A DNA stretch of 64,000 bases, taken from positions 1 through 64,000 of the forward strand of contig NIVC01001857.1 in assembly GCA_002269645.1 (NCBI GenBank). The letters run 5' to 3'. This DNA comes from Macrostomum lignano (taxonomy: Eukaryota). Shown piece after piece: positions 9,933 to 21,465 of the stretch (the first letter of the stretch is position 1; each line of letters starts with the position of its first letter). Both the position numbers and the translations under genes were made by a program. The notes below the pieces were generated by a model. The model ran no database searches, had not been told where the DNA came from, and worked only from the letters and a program-made list of their open reading frames with translations.

Positions 9933-10709
9933 TCAGTTATCAAAGCGAACATTGGGCTGCAGCCTCATCGCGTCCTGCCGACGAAGTTGAAATGGCAGCT
10001 TTCGCTTCCTGCTGCTGCTGCTCACCGTCGAAGCCGCTGCATGCGCCCTGAACTGATACCACACCGGATCTTCCTCAAGGTTGGTGTCCCGCTGCGGAAG
10101 CAGTCCAGCATCAGAATCAACCGAAGGTATCGGTGTGGATGTGATTGGCTCAGTCACAATGCGCGGCCTTGTGGGCGAGCTAACGTCCTCGTCATCAGCA
10201 TGATCTCCGCCCTCATCAGTCTCCATTATGGGCTTCGTGTCCTGGTCAGCCTCCAACTTGAGCTTCTTGTCCTCTTCCTCCTCTTCCTCATCAGACTCCA
10301 GCTCGTACTGCATTGTGTTCCTCAAGGGAGCCACCAGCTGACCGTCGATCCAGGAGGCGATTTTCCAGAGCTTCTGCCACAGCGGCGGAGTCAGTGGTAC
10401 GGCGTTTCGTCTCAAAAACTCCTCGCAGCAATCTTCCGGCAGCCGTTTGAGCCAAATGATGCCGCCTTTGACTTCCACAAACTTATCGAAGCCGAGTTTC
10501 ACGACCTTGGGCTCGTTGTTGCGTGCAGAAATCACAAGTGAGCGTTTCACCTCCTTCAATTTCTTCCATTGGTGAACATTCAGGTTGAATCCTGGGACGC
10601 CTGGCTTCAGACTTGCCGTGCTGCCGTGTCGGTAAAATTTGCGAATAGCGATAAATTTTTGTCCTTCAAACTCCTGGACTTGTGCCTTATAGCCTTCACA
10701 GATGTCCAT
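9933..10709 (-). CDS. PC4/Sub1-like ssDNA-binding protein with a second degenerate PC4-like repeat, acidic tract and basic putative NLS
   Basis: YKAQVQEFEGQKFIAIRKFY...KPGVPGFNLNVHQWKKLK matches the PC4 domain. A second unit reads KLGFDKFVEV...AVPLTPPLWQKL, followed by SDEEEEEED and RKRK. Confidence 0.82.
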   Translation of the reverse strand: MDICEGYKAQVQEFEGQKFIAIRKFYRHGSTASLKPGVPGFNLNVHQWKKLKEVKRSLVISARNNEPKVVKLGFDKFVEVKGGIIWLKRLPEDCCEEFLRRNAVPLTPPLWQKLWKIASWIDGQLVAPLRNTMQYELESDEEEEEEDKKLKLEADQDTKPIMETDEGGDHADDEDVSSPTRPRIVTEPITSTPIPSVDSDAGLLPQRDTNLEEDPVWYQFRAHAAASTVSSSSRKRKLPFQLRRQDAMRLQPNVRFDN

Positions 10710-10813
10710 TTTCCTTTCGCAATTGAAAACTCACAAAAGTTAAAAGCTGAGGAAAATTTCGGATGAAATTTTGGATTTGAAAAATTGAGAATTCTTTCTT
10801 GTCAATTTCGGGG

Positions 10814-10874
10814 CTTATATACCCTCGACCGAACCACCCCAAACCACCCATCCCACTCCGGGCTCTGTGATTGG
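10814..10874 (-). promoter_or_regulatory. Pol II-type promoter of the PC4-like gene: CCAAT box, GT-rich box, TATA box
   Basis: On the minus strand, GCCAATC (CCAAT at 10874-10870), then GGGTGG tracts, then TATATAAG (10821-10814), ~105 nt upstream of ATG 10709. Confidence 0.65.
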
Positions 10875-10914
10875 CTCTTTCGCAAACATTATTTCCAATT
10901 ACATAGATTAACAT

Positions 10915-11855
10915 CTTATCTCTGCAGTGTTAACCACCCCCAATGCAAAGAGATAGGCCGCCTCTCCTCCTATCTCTGCAGTGTTAACCACCCCAATGCA
11001 AAGAGATAGGCCGCCTCTCCTCCTATCTCTGCAGTGTTAACCACCCCCAATGCAAAGAGATAGGCCGCCTCTCCTCCTATCTCTGCAGTGTTAACCATCT
11101 CCAGTGTAAAGAAATAGGCCGCCTCTTCTCCTATCACTCCTGTGTTAAGCAGAGATAGAGCTCATATCTCTGCAGTGCTTAGCCGTCCCCAATGCACAGA
11201 GATAGAGCTCATATCTCTGCAGTGCTTAGCCGTCCCCAATGCACAGAGATAGAGCTCATATCTCTGCAGTGCTTAGCCGTCCCCAATGCACAGAGATAGA
11301 GCTCATATCTCTGCAGTGCTTAGCCGTCCCCAATGCACAGAGATAGAGCTCATATCTCTGCAGTGCTTAGCCGTCCCCAATGCACAGAGATAGGGCTCAT
11401 ATCTCCGCAGTGTATTTTTCCCTATACATTTGCATTGCCGCCTATCTCGCCAGCGCTAGTGCGGCAGTATCATGAATCGCCTCTATCTCCGCAGTGCTTA
11501 GCCGTCCCCAATGCACAGAGATAGAGCTCATATCTCTGCAGTGCTTAGCCGTCCCCAATGCACAGAGATAGAGCTCATATCTCTGCAGTGCTTAGCCGTC
11601 CCCAATGCACAGAGATAGAGCTCATATCTCTGCAGTGCTTAGCCGTCCCCAATGCACAGAGATAGAGCTCATATCTCTGCAGTGCTTAGCCGTCCCCAAT
11701 GCACAGAGATAGAGCTCATATCTCTGCAGTGCTTAGCCGTCCCCAATGCACAGAGATAGGGCTCATATCTCCGCAGTGTATTTTTCCCTATACATTTGCA
11801 TTGCCGCCTATCTCGCCAGTGCTAGTGCGGCAGTATCATAATTCGCCCTACTACT
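10915..11855. repeat. Putative right terminal inverted repeat region with 54-bp and 47-bp hairpin-forming tandem units and a 366-bp higher-order duplication
   Basis: 54-bp unit about 3.5 times (10916-11130). 47-bp units start at 11151, 11198... and again at 11517..., an offset of 366. The block ends in ACTACT. The matching left TIR is outside the window. Confidence 0.75.
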
Positions 11856-12275
11856 ATAGAGAAAGTGAAGAGAAAGGTGAAGAATGAGTGAAGAGAGAGG
11901 GGTGAAGAAAGTGAAGAGAAAGGTGAAGAATGAGTGAAGAGAGAGGGTAGAAGAGAGTGAAGAGAGAGGGGAGGAGAGAGTGAAGAGAGAGGGTAGAAGA
12001 GAGTGAAGAGAGAGGGGAGGAGAGAGTGAAGAGAGAGGGGAGCAGAGAGTGAAGAGAGAGGGGAGGAGAGAGTGAAGAGAGAGGAGAAGAGAGTGAAGAG
12101 AGAGAGGAGAAAAGAGTGAAGAGAGAGAGGAGAAAAGAGTGAAGAGAGAGGGAGAAGAGAGTGAAGAGAGAGAGGGTAGAAGAGAGTGAAGAGATAAGGT
12201 AGAAGAGAGTGAAGACAGCGAATAGAGGGAAGAGAGAGAAGAGGGTGAAGATAGGGAAGAGAGTGTGTGGGAATG
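11856..12275. repeat. GA-rich low-complexity tandem repeat flanking the element end
   Basis: Iterated AGAGAGTGAAGAGAGAGG units. Confidence 0.9.
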
Positions 12276-12713
12276 AGGGGTGAGTGATGTCAGAAAAGAC
12301 GAACATAGAAAAGTAAGTTTGGGAGGCAAGAGAGAGTTGCTCAATGCAACTGGGGCCCGCTTTATCTGCACTTGTGCCGTTAAAAGCAGAAACAAAGAGC
12401 ACAGGAAAGGCTGGTCTAATTTTGTTTTTCCCAGTCCTTGGCGTCGGTTCCCAGAGAAAAAGAGAGCCTCTGCTTGTCCATCAATCTTGCTAAAATTTCT
12501 TTAAGTCAAAACGTCCTTCAAGATGTTCTGTTTATACAATTAATTGGCTGCAAGTTTAGTCTGGCAGTGCGGCAAGCTATCTGATTCCCAGCAGAATTAC
12601 ACAGTGTCTGCCGTGTGTACTTCCTCTTGCTGTGCGTCTTTGAAAACTCTATAAAGTCACTTAGGATTTTTTCTGACGCGTAAATTACCTAATCGTAAAA
12701 TAACGACTCGTGT

Positions 12714-12892
12714 CACACACTCACACAGGAGTGTACAGCGGTCCTAACTTTATTTATCGATAGGCATGTACACTTCACTGTGCCTTGGGGGTTGGCCCTC
12801 AAGGCCGTTAATTGCACGAGCAGAGCCAAGCCGAGATTCCAATTTAGTGCCAAATTAATGTGACGGCACATCAGAGAGCCGCGCCAGACCAC
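12714..12892 (+). repeat. Interspersed repeat family, copy A (5'-truncated)
   Basis: Near-identical to 27066-27407 and 58895-59193 (CACACACTCACACAGGAGTGTACAGCGG...GGCACATCAGAG). Confidence 0.85.
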
Positions 12893-13029
12893 CTGTGTGT
12901 GGCCTTACCTATGGTTAAAGAATATGATGAGAGGAGGAAGTGGTCGCCAAATATGGCCATCGATAAGGCTGCAATGGTTGTCCTCTTTCTCGGCTTGACA
13001 AGTGGCTGCTCAATCACATAAAACCGAAA

Positions 13030-13395
13030 TATTGTCACTGATCACTTGTCAATTTGTCACTGGGGTCCCTTGTCAAATTGTCACTGGTCACTTGTCAAAT
13101 TGTCACTGGGGTCACTTGTCAAATTGTCACTGGTCCCTTGTCAATTTGTCACTGGGGTCCCTTGTCAAATTGTCACTGGTCACTTGTCAAATTGTCACTG
13201 GGGTCACTTGTCAAATTGTCACTGGTCACTTGTCAAATTGTCACTGGTCACTTGTCAAATTGTCACTGGGGTCACTTGTCAAATTGTCACTGGGGTCACT
13301 TGTCAAATTGTCACTGGGGTCACTTGTCAAATTGTCACTGGGGTCACTTGTCAAATTGTCACTGATCACTTGTCAAATTGTCACTGATCACTTGC
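13030..13395. repeat. 22-24 bp minisatellite (CACTTGTCAAATTGTCACTGG[GG]T)
   Basis: Direct tandem iteration. Confidence 0.9.
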
Positions 13396-14206
13396 CACAT
13401 TTGAACCAAGTTCGAGCGTTGCTGTTCTTCTATAATACTTTTGTTTCAAAACTTTTTCTTGACAAACTTTGTGAACGCAAAGAAGTTGCTCATTTTTGTG
13501 TGCTCCTAGTTCATGCTCCAAGGAGGAGTGGGGTAATCAAGACCCAGGTTCGATTTCGCCACATTAATAATAGTCTTCAGTGATGAGAGAGAGAGAGCCA
13601 GAACTGACACTATGTGAGTGAACACCTGAGCTCAGAGGTCAGGTATGCATGCTTAATTGCTTCCCATGCTGATTGAGGTAAGTCTCTACTCAGGATTGCC
13701 ACCCTTAGGCAACTATGAGAGATGGGAAAATGTATAAACAAGGATCACAACTAACTGAGGACGGGACAGAAGCAGTAAGACTCCGCACTGCATCCAGTCA
13801 GTCAGTTAGCAGCTGTGTGAAAGGTATTCAATCATCAGTAGTCGGCCCCCGACTGCTTATATTAGTTTTTTTGGGAAATTCAATAACTTCTCCCACAAGA
13901 AGGAAAGTTGAGCCCCGTGTAACAAAACCCGAGACCCCCGAGGCAACGCGATGCAAACTTTTAGCGTCGTCCCGAACTGCCGACACAGGGCAGAGAAAAT
14001 TGAATTTTCTGTTCGACCAGATCGCTAAAGCTCGACCGCTGCTAGGTGGCCGGGGGTAGCATTGATCCGGGACAGAATGATAGCAGCTCGAGTGGGTTGA
14101 GAGGGCCAGGAACACGCGGTCACTTCTTCAGTTCGAAAGTTAACTAATTTAGCGATTGCTGCTTTCTGCTTGCGTATTCTTTAGAGCTGGTTAGTGCTTA
14201 TGATTG

Positions 14207-16083
14207 AAAGGAATAGAATGGATTGCTAATCTAGCCAATACACGGATGCAGGAATAGAATGGATTGCTAATCTAGCCAATACACGGATGCAGGAATAGAA
14301 TGGATTGCTAATCTAGCCAATACACGGATGCAGGAATAGAATGGATTGCTAATCTAGCCAATACACGGATGCAGGAATAGAATGGATTGCTAATCTAGCC
14401 AATGCACGGATGCAGGAATAGAATGGATTGCTAATCTAGCCAATACACGGATGCAGGAATAGAATGGATTGCTAATCTAGCCAATACACGGATGCAGGAA
14501 TAGAATGGATTGCTAATCTAGCCAATACATGGATGCAGGAATAGAATGGATTGCTAATCTAGCCAATACACGGGTGCAGGAATAGAATGGATTGCTAATC
14601 TAGCCAATACATGGATGCAGGAATAGAATGGATTGCTAATCTAGCCAATACATGGATGCAAGAATAGAATGGATTGCTAATCTAGCCAATACACGGATGC
14701 AGGAATAGAATGGATTGCTAAAATATCCAATGCATGGATGCAGGAATAGAATGGATTGCTAATCTAGCCAATACACGGATGCAGGAATAGAATGGATTGC
14801 TAATCTAGCCAATACACGGATGCAGGAATAGAATGGATTGCTAATCTAGCCAATACACGGATGCAGGAATAGAATGGATTGCTAATCTAGCCAATACACG
14901 GATGCAGGAATAGAATGGATTGCTAATCTAGCCAATACACGGATGCAGGAATAGAATGGATTGCTAATCTAGCCAATACACGGATGCAGGAATAGAATGG
15001 ATTGCTAATCTAGCCAATACACGGATGCAGGAATAGAATGGATTGCTAATCTAGCCAATACACGGATGCAGGAATAGAATGGATTGCTAATCTAGCCAAT
15101 GCACGGATGCAGGAATAGAATGGATTGCTAATCTAGCCAATACACGGATGCAGGAATAGAATGGATTGCTAATCTAGCCAATACACGGATGCAGGAATAG
15201 AATGGATTGCTAATCTAGCCAATACATGGATGCAGGAATAGAATGGATTGCTAATCTAGCCAATACACGGGTGCAGGAATAGAATGGATTGCTAATCTAG
15301 CCAATACATGGATGCAGGAATAGAATGGATTGCTAATCTAGCCAATACATGGATGCAAGAATAGAATGGATTGCTAATCTAGCCAATACACGGATGCAGG
15401 AATAGAATGGATTGCTAAAATATCCAATGCATGGATGCAGGAATAGAATGGATTGCTAATCTAGCCAATACACGGATGCAGGAATAGAATGGATTGCTAA
15501 TCTAGCCAATACACGGATGCAGGAATAGAATGGATTGCTAATCTAGCCAATACACGGATGCAGGAATAGAATGGATTGCTAATCTAGCCAATACACGGAT
15601 GCAGGAATAGAATGGATTGCTAATCTAGCCAATACACGGATGCAGGAATAGAATGGATTGCTAATCTAGCCAATACACGGATGCAGGAATAGAATGGATT
15701 GCTAATCTAGCCAATACACGGATGCAGGAATAGAATGGATTGCTAATCTAGCCAATACACGGATGCAGGAATAGAATGGATTGCTAATCTAGCCAATGCA
15801 TGGGTGCAGGAATAGAATGGATTGCTAATCTAGCCAATACACGGGTGCAGGAATAGAATGGGTTGCTAATCTAGCCAATACATGGATGCAGGAATAGAAT
15901 GGATTGCTAATCTAGCCAATACACGGATGCAGGAATAGAATGGATTGCTAATCTAGCCAATACACGGATGCAGGAATAGAATGGATTGCTAATCTAGCCA
16001 ATACATGGATGCAGGAATAGAATGGATTGCTAATCTAGCCAATACACGGATGTAGGAATAGAATGGATTGCTAATCTAGCCAA
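14207..16083. repeat. 41-bp minisatellite (AGGAATAGAATGGATTGCTAATCTAGCCAATACACGGATGC), ~45 copies
   Basis: Exact 41-bp periodicity; variant units recur at a 697-bp offset. Confidence 0.95.
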
Positions 16084-16689
16084 AACCATTGATTTAGAAA
16101 CGGAGTAAATGACTAATCTGTACAATGCACTTACTCATCAAATATTTATGCGAATCGTATCATCACCCGAGAACCGTGTCAGTGCAATCTCCCAGCCTTC
16201 TAAATGAAATTCAGCCAAATCAGTCCAACACCTATTCCCTATCATCTCTTTGCCGCTCTCTGTATTTATCCTCCCTTCTTCTCCCCATGTCGCTAAAACC
16301 AACATCGAGCTGATTAGAGGCGGCAGAATGCATTTTCCATTTTCTGCCTCAGCTCAGCCTCAGCTCCCTCATCACCCTACCCAGCCATCCAAATGTAATT
16401 GAAGCTGCATCAGCTGTGCCTCAGCGGCTGCATTGAAACTGCTGAACCAACAGCAGCTGTGCCGTTCGGTGTCGGCAATGGCTGAGGCGAGAGCTCAACT
16501 GCAGAGAGAAAGTCATTTGGACAGAGAAGGGGGGATGAGCATCTCAACCTAACCGTGTGTTTGGCCTCGGCTAGCAAATGCAGCTGGTGGTGGTGTTGTC
16601 TTGGCGAGATACCCGCATCATCTGCGTCACTGCCATGCCCGCCTCTCTCTCCAGCTTCCCTCATCTCTCCATGCTGCACGTTTCTCCCT

Positions 16690-17215
16690 ATCTATTTCCT
16701 TCTCTCTCTTCCTCTCCTCCTCCCCCCTCCTCTCCCTCTCCTCTCCCTCTCCTTCTCTCTCTCTCTTCCCTCCCTCTCCTTCTCTCCTTCTCTCCCTCTC
16801 CTTCTCTCCCTCTCCCTCTCTTCCTCCCCCTCCTCTCCCTCTCCTCTCCCTCTCCTCTCCCTCTCCTCTCCCTCTCCTTCTCTCCCTCTCCTCTCCCTCT
16901 CCTTCTCTCCGTCTCCTTCCCTCCCTCTCCTTCTCTCCCTCTCCTTCTCTCCCTCTCCTTCCCTCCCTCTCCTTCTCTCCCTCTCTCCTTCTCCTTCTCT
17001 TCCTTTCCCTCTCTCTCTCCTCTCTATCCAGCTTCCCTTATCTCTCCACGCTGCATAATTCTCCCTGTCTATCTCATTCTCTCCCTCTACTTCTCCCCGT
17101 CTCCTTCTCTCCCTCTCCTCTCCCTCTCCTTCTCTCCGTCTCCTTCTCTCCTTCTCTCCCTCCCTCTCCCTATATCTCTCTTCTTCTCTCCCTCTCCTTT
17201 CCTCTCGTTTCACTC
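16690..17215. repeat. CT-rich low-complexity tract
   Basis: CTCTCCCTCTCCTT iterations. Confidence 0.9.
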
Positions 17216-17278
17216 TCCATTTCGTGTTTCTGATCTCTCATTTTGAGTTTGCCATCTACCCAACTCCAACTCCACAAG

Positions 17279-19405
17279 CTCCTACCAGCCGCTTTCCCCT
17301 CTGCCTCCCATATCCAGCGTTCAGCTATAAATTCAAGCCATCCACCAGAGTCTGGTCCTTCCGGCTTCTGAGTTCAGTCAGTCAGTCACCCAGGCAGCAG
17401 TTTTGCACCAATTTAGATAATGGACCCGGCCAGCCCTCTCTCATAGCAGTAAAACCGGATCGAATGAAGCTGAAATATGCTGAGGACACACAGACAGTCA
17501 GTCGGGGATCATTTATTTCGAATGGTAGAAAAATAATTCCGTGACCCTGCACTTAGAGCGAAATTTAATTCCCACTTGGAAGCTCAGGAGCTAAGTTAAA
17601 AATTTCAAGCTCAGATCAATGCGCAAGCAGAAGAGACTGGGGGGTTCCTTTATTTTTCCTCTTTCACCCTCTCTCTCCACTGCGGCGAACCCCTGGGGAT
17701 CAACAGAGGATAGCTATTATATGCTACCTATATAGTGTACACAGGCATACACATGCAGTAGCCAAAGGACTGTGTCTAAACAAAATCAATAAATAATTCA
17801 AAAGACTTTACAGAGACAGACAGCTGCTGGACCCGAGAGAGAGGGGGGTGTTATGAGGGTAGATAGAGAGAGAGAGGCCCTCTTGCAGGAGCAGAAAACG
17901 GGTGGGAAGACTTCGAGTCAAGCTGACGGTAAACAGGAAAAGCCTGCTACGCACTACTTGAAGTAAAAAAGTTTAGAGTAAAATACAGCATGAAAATCGA
18001 AGTAATTTAAGCGCGGGATTTAAACATCTGAGCAGAAATATGAAGGTGGCACTCTAGTAATTTAAGAGCTCTACAAACGTGACACGTTTTTTAGTTTTTT
18101 AACTTGAAGCTATAAAATAGAACCTGAAGCTATAAAATAGAACCTGAAGCTATAAAATAGAACCTGAAGCTATAAAATAGAACCTGAAGCTATAAAATAG
18201 AACCTGAAGCTATAAAATAGAACCTGAAGCTATAAAATAGAACCTGAATCTATAAAACAGAACCTAAAGCTATAAAATAGAACCTGAATCTATAAAACAG
18301 AACCTAAAGCTATAAAATAGAACCTGAAGCTATAAAATAAAACCTGAAGCTATAAAATAGAACCTGAAGCTATAAAATAGAACCTGAATCTATAAAACAG
18401 AACCTAAAGCTATAAAATAGAACCTGAAGCTATAAAATAGAACCTGAAGCTATAAAATAGAAACTGAAGCTATAAAATAGAACCTGAAGCTATAAAATAG
18501 AACCTGAAGCTATAAAATAGAAACTGAAGCTATAAAATAGAACCTGAAGCTATAAAATAGAACCTGAATCTATAAAACAGAACCTAAAGCTATAAAATAG
18601 AACCTGAAGCTATAAAATAAAACCTGAAGCTATAAAATAGAACCTGAAGCTATAAAATAGAACCTGAATCTATAAAACAGAACCTAAAGCTATAAAATAG
18701 AACCTGAAGCTATAAAATAGAAACTGAAGCTATAAAATAGAAACTGAAGCTATAAAATAGAACCTGAAGCTATAAAATAGAAAGTGAAGCTATAAAATAG
18801 AAACTGAAGCTATAAAATAGAACCTGAAGCTATAAAATAGAAAGTGAAGCTATAAAATAGAAACTGAAGCTATAAAATAGAACCTGAAGCTATAAAATAG
18901 AACCTGAGGCTATAAAATAGAAACTGAAGCTATAAAATAGAACCTGAAGCTATAGAATAAAAGCTGAAGTGACAAATTTTGAACCTTAAGCGACAGATTT
19001 AGAACCTGAAGCAACACAATTAAAATCTGAAGCGACAGATTTAGAACCAGAAGCGACTCATTTCGAATCTGAAGCGACACAATTCGAACCTGAAGCAACA
19101 GAATTCGAATCTGAAGCGGCACAATTCGAACCTAAAGCAACATAATTCGAACCTGAAGCGACACAATTCAAACCTGAAGCGACTCATTTCGAATCTGAAG
19201 CGACTCATTTCGAACCTGAAGCGACACATTTCGAACCTGAAGCGACAGATTTCGAACCTGAAGCGACAGATTTAGATTCTGAAGCCAACTCTCAATTAGT
19301 TTTATTTTAATTTACAGAGACGTTAATGGCAAGGTGGACTTTTACACAGTCAATGTCCGCCACAGGCTGTTCAGTTCGCTTCAGTCGGACCGGCGTCTCC
19401 GCTAG
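17279..19405 (+). CDS. Candidate 3' exons of an unidentified spliced host gene (17279-17524, 17889-17916 or 17928, 19318-19405)
   Basis: AG/GT boundaries with compatible phases and a strong acceptor TTTTAATTTACAG at 19317. The joined reading is ...FCTNLDNGPGQPSLIAVKPD...SRGSFISNGAENGWEDFE..DVNGKVDFYTVNVRHRLF. I could not identify the family. Confidence 0.35.
18100..19285. repeat. 20-bp (GAACCTGAAGCTATAAAATA) grading into 21-bp (TTCGAACCTGAAGCGACACAT) minisatellite
   Basis: Tandem periodicity with a shared AACCTGAAGC core. Confidence 0.9.
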
Positions 19406-19867
19406 CCAGGGTGAGCACACTGCTGCCCATAGCAACCGGGTGCTGCTGAGTAGCCTCATCGTTGCCGCCTCGCCGTCGCCTCCGCCAACGTCGCCAGACC
19501 TTCCCGATCGCGTCGCCCGCAGTCACCGCCGCGGCCAAGACCGTGACGCCTAGCAGCCAGGCCTGAGCAACGGCAGCCGCTTCGAGCTCAAAGTTGCGTT
19601 GGCAACTAGCCGGCGAGCTGGTGTTACCGGCCGCTTCGGTCATGCTGAAGCTGCACTGCGCCTAATTGGATTAGGAAGAGTCCGATTTTATAGCAAGCTG
19701 GAGTGGGCGCACCTGATGAGACTCCAATAAGGCCTACAAAGAGTTTTCTGTGAACAAAGAAGCTATTTGCTGCGAAGCGAGCTCTGTGTAGCAATAGTTT
19801 GGGGCCCCGCAGTGAGCGAGAGATAATTAATTGATTGAAGTGGGAGAGTGGTGTGAAGGAGAAAGAG

Positions 19868-19917
<50 letters not shown>

Positions 19918-20644
19918 AGAGGGAAGAGGGAGAGAGCGAGAGAGGGAGAGAGAGAAAGGACGAGAGGGAGAGAGGGAAGAGGGACAAAGGGGAGAGTGGC
20001 GAGAAGGAGAAAGAGGAGATAGAGAGAGAGAGAGAGGGGAGAGGGAGCGAAGTCGAGGGAAGACAGCTAGAAAATTATGAGGAAATTAAATGCAGTCATT
20101 AATTTATTTTCAACCTGCTACTGTTTCTAAGTAGTAACATGATTAGGTAATGTATGTGCACAGCTATAGCACTATCAAAGCCAAAATTATCCCCTTTTGC
20201 TATTGCTTGAAATCCCAAAACCAATGACCCAGGGCGCAACAAATTGACGGTCATTTTATCCGCTTCAAATTAATTTGCAGCTGTCAGAATGTCAATCTCC
20301 AAACCCACTGGCCGCGGGCTGCTGTACGGCGGCGGGTAAACAGGTGGGGGGATAAGAATCCCATTGTGAGCTGAATAGACATGCCGGAAACAGCAAAAAA
20401 GTGGAAAAATTCCCTGTGCAATTCATTTGGGCTTGGCTTTGAGTTTTTGCTCTCCCGTTAATTTCCGGAGATGCCTCAGGCCGTGAGGCTGTCATGGCAA
20501 CCGTGATTAGCCACGTTTGTGAGAGCGGCTTGCTAAATACAACTCGCCTCTGACTCCGGCTGCATCTGCGGCAACAAAGGGATTGGAGGAAGCTGAGGCC
20601 TCGGTTCGCCACCTGAATCTCGAGCGATTCAAGTGAATCTGAAG

Positions 20645-21465
20645 TGTCATATTATAAACTGAAGCGACTTGAAAGAACCTGAAGCGACTCAATTGAACCT
20701 GAAGCGACTCAAAAGAAACTTAAGCGACTCAATAAAATCTGAAGCGACTCAGTAGAACCTGAAGCGACTCAATATAACCTGAAGCGACTCAGTAGAACCT
20801 AAAGCGACTCAGTAGAACCTGAAGTGACTCAGTAGAACCTGAAGCGACTCAATATAACCTAAAGCGACTTGAAAGAACCTGAAGCGACTCAATAGAACCT
20901 GAAGCGACTCAATAAAATCTGAAGCGACTCAGTAGAACCTGAAGCGACTCAATTGAACCTGAAGCGACTCAGTAGAACCTAAAGCGACTCAGTAGAACCT
21001 AGAGCGACTCAATAGAACCTGAAGCGACTCAGTAGAATCTGAAGCGACTCAATAGAACCTGAAGCGACTCAGTGGAACCTGAAGCGACTCAATATAACCT
21101 GAAGCGACTCAGTAGAACCTGAAGCGACTCAATATAACCTGAAGCGACTTGAAAGAACCTGAAGCGACTTGAAAGAACCTGAAGCGACTCAATAGAACCT
21201 GAAGCGACGCAGTAGAACCTGAAGCGACTCAATAGAACCTGAAGCGACTCAATAGAACCTGAAGCGACTCAATAGAACCTGAAGCGACTCAGTAGAACCT
21301 GAAGCTACCCAATAAAATCTGAAGCGACCTGAAAGAACCTGAAGTGAACCAATAAAACCTGAAGCGGCTCAGTAGAACTGAAGCGACCCAATAAACCTGA
21401 AGCGACCTGAAAGAACCTGAAGTGAATCAATTGAGCCTGAAGCGACTCAGTAGAACCTGAAGCAA
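20645..21465. repeat. 20-bp minisatellite (AACCTGAAGCGACTCAGTAG)
   Basis: Tandem periodicity; same core as 18100-19285. Confidence 0.9.

Larger units (their letters stand above)
1..11855. mobile_element. Maverick/Polinton (adintovirus-like endogenous virus), right part; left part lies outside the window
   Basis: Co-located pPolB, A32-like ATPase, adenain protease, major and minor capsid proteins and DDE integrase. The subterminal repeat block ends in ACTACT (11850-11855), the reverse complement of the AGTAGT Maverick terminus, and host GA-rich DNA follows immediately. Confidence 0.96.

Noticed and set aside
9879-10541. 220-aa plus-strand ORF antisense to the PC4 gene
   Set aside because: Shadow ORF with a non-ATG start and no recognisable motifs.
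11151-16083. CRISPR-like regular repeats (47-bp and 41-bp units)
   Set aside because: Units are contiguous with no unique spacers, there are no cas genes, and the context is eukaryotic.
11808-17246. Leu/Ser/Pro-rich and Glu/Arg-rich ORFs at 11808-12402, 13002-13583 and 16555-17246
   Set aside because: Products of GA/CT tracts and minisatellites, with no domain signal.
19371-20612. Minus-strand Sushi/CCP-like (C...C...W...PPTC) and transmembrane-like readings
   Set aside because: Only half a domain pattern, no convincing donor site or signal peptide, and it conflicts with a stronger plus-strand acceptor at 19317. Insufficient support.
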